From positions 7,997-71,996 of the forward strand of contig CAYQPO010000002.1 in NCBI GenBank assembly GCA_964420015.1: a stretch of DNA of 64,000 bases, read 5' to 3'. Origin of the DNA: an uncultured Candidatus Saccharibacteria bacterium. GTDB taxonomy: Bacteria; Patescibacteriota; Minisyncoccia; Phycocordibacterales; SBAW01. The notes under the pieces are model-generated. The model did not search any database, was not told the origin of the DNA, and saw only the letters and a list, made by a program, of their open reading frames with translations. Numbering within the stretch: position 1 is the stretch's first letter; each line of letters begins with the position of its first letter. Position numbers and translations under genes: made by a program. Of the stretch, positions 62,974 to 64,000 are shown piece by piece.

Positions 62974-63600
62974 ATGACTCAAGTCATGACCCCATCCGAA
63001 ATGACCGACGGCCAAATCAACAAGGCCGTGGCCAACTACCGCGCAATGCTCGAAAAGCACCGCGGGGAGCTCATGTCCGAGCCGGCACAGCAAGTGCTCG
63101 GCTCAGCCGAGCTCGGCGCCGAGATGTTCGGCATCCTGCGCCGACGCGTTGAGATGCTCACGGGCATGATTGTCCGGCGGGTCAAGGTCGATCGCTCGCG
63201 CACGCCGCAGGCGATGCTCGACGCGACCGGCCGCAAGCAGTACACCACCCGCTCGGTGGTGGATGCGATGCCTCGCGGCGAAGGGGAAGAGACCGATGTG
63301 GTCTTCTTCAAGCCCCGGCCGGAGGAGTACGATCACGACGGCTGGATGTCGGATGAGGCGCTCGATCGCGCATACGATGCGCGCGGGCTCAAGCCCGCCG
63401 ACCCGTACTCGGTCGGTGCTGTCAATGAGACCGACCCCGCTTTCGCCGACGAGAAGCCCCACGGCACCCACTGGAAGGATGGGCGGGGCAAGTGGTGCTT
63501 CGCGGCCTTCGACCGGTGGGGCGGCGAGCGCTTCGTCGACGTCTACCGCCGCGGCAGCGGCTGGGATATCTACTGGTCGTTCGCCGGTGTTCGCAAGTAG
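62974..63600 (+). CDS. Hypothetical protein, candidate second DGR target
   Basis: AGGAG SD; NNC-rich aromatic C-terminus ending FAGVRK*; 12-bp hairpin at 63654-63680. Confidence 0.7.
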   Translation: MTQVMTPSEMTDGQINKAVANYRAMLEKHRGELMSEPAQQVLGSAELGAEMFGILRRRVEMLTGMIVRRVKVDRSRTPQAMLDATGRKQYTTRSVVDAMPRGEGEETDVVFFKPRPEEYDHDGWMSDEALDRAYDARGLKPADPYSVGAVNETDPAFADEKPHGTHWKDGRGKWCFAAFDRWGGERFVDVYRRGSGWDIYWSFAGVRK

Positions 63601-63800
63601 CACTCGGATTTTTGCCCGTTTGCACTTGCGCTTTGATTCATGCACTTTGTTTCCCGCCGCGTCCTCCAAGGACGCGGCGGTTTTGTATATAATAAAAGGC
63701 GAATAGTAGGCGAATCTGCTTTTGATTAAGGTCAAAGCGGCCGAGTTTCAGTGTACTTCAGGGGGCTGGTAGGATTTATCAAACCAAGATCTGACTGAAA

Positions 63801-64000
63801 CTACTGAGCGTAGGCGGTTTTTGCTGCCTGCGCTACTGGGGTGTTGTAGCGCAGCTGGTAGACGTACAAGTTAAGGTCGTTGGAGAACCGGATCGCTTCG
63901 GTGCGCTTAAAGTGACTGTCGAAGTAGTCTTTGATTTTTTGTTCGTAACCCTGGTCATAGCTCAAAAGCAGGTACGCATATTGATGATCCCAAGTGGTCG
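63801..64000 (-). CDS. C-terminal end of an unidentified gene (partial)
   Basis: Open frame TTWDHQYAYLLLSYDQGYEQKIKDYF...AYAQ* entering from the window edge. Confidence 0.6.
   Translation of the reverse strand, partial: TTWDHQYAYLLLSYDQGYEQKIKDYFDSHFKRTEAIRFSNDLNLYVYQLRYNTPVAQAAKTAYAQ

Noticed and set aside
63490-63600. Second VR templated by the TR at 55847
   Set aside because: Many differences fall at non-adenine TR positions, so it cannot derive from this TR.

Overview
This window is chromosomal DNA from a small-genome bacterium using the standard genetic code. It is most likely Patescibacteria/CPR (Parcubacteria-like), inferred from the missing rpmD/L30, a tRNA-Ile(UAU), mostly SD-less or leaderless core genes and short palindromic repeats typical of the group. 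It contains the fusA-tuf-S10-spc ribosomal cluster broken up by inserted genes, secY-adk-map-ndk, infC-rpmI-rplT, thrC, tmRNA plus smpB, cfa, ftsH, recG, an ECF sigma/anti-sigma pair, a thiol/metal cluster, comF with a full type IV pilus cluster, ligA, gatCA, five tRNAs and a GH6 glycoside hydrolase. The main discovery is a diversity-generating retroelement (DGR) between ligA and gatC (about 54,690-57,335). Its 111-bp variable region differs from the template repeat at 20 positions, all template adenines. The avd-like and reverse transcriptase genes are divergent with overlapping 5' ends and share one G11 tract. As assembled the tract puts both genes out of frame, while G12 or G9 would restore both at once, so it is a candidate phase-variable switch or a homopolymer sequencing error. 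A second DGR-target-like gene (62,974-63,600) does not match the local template. Other notable items are a 16S helix-21 (S8 site) mimic before rpsN, two orphan structured RNAs, palindromic repeats translated into core proteins, and widespread leaderless gene starts. Protein calls rest on motif recognition only; no database searches were run.
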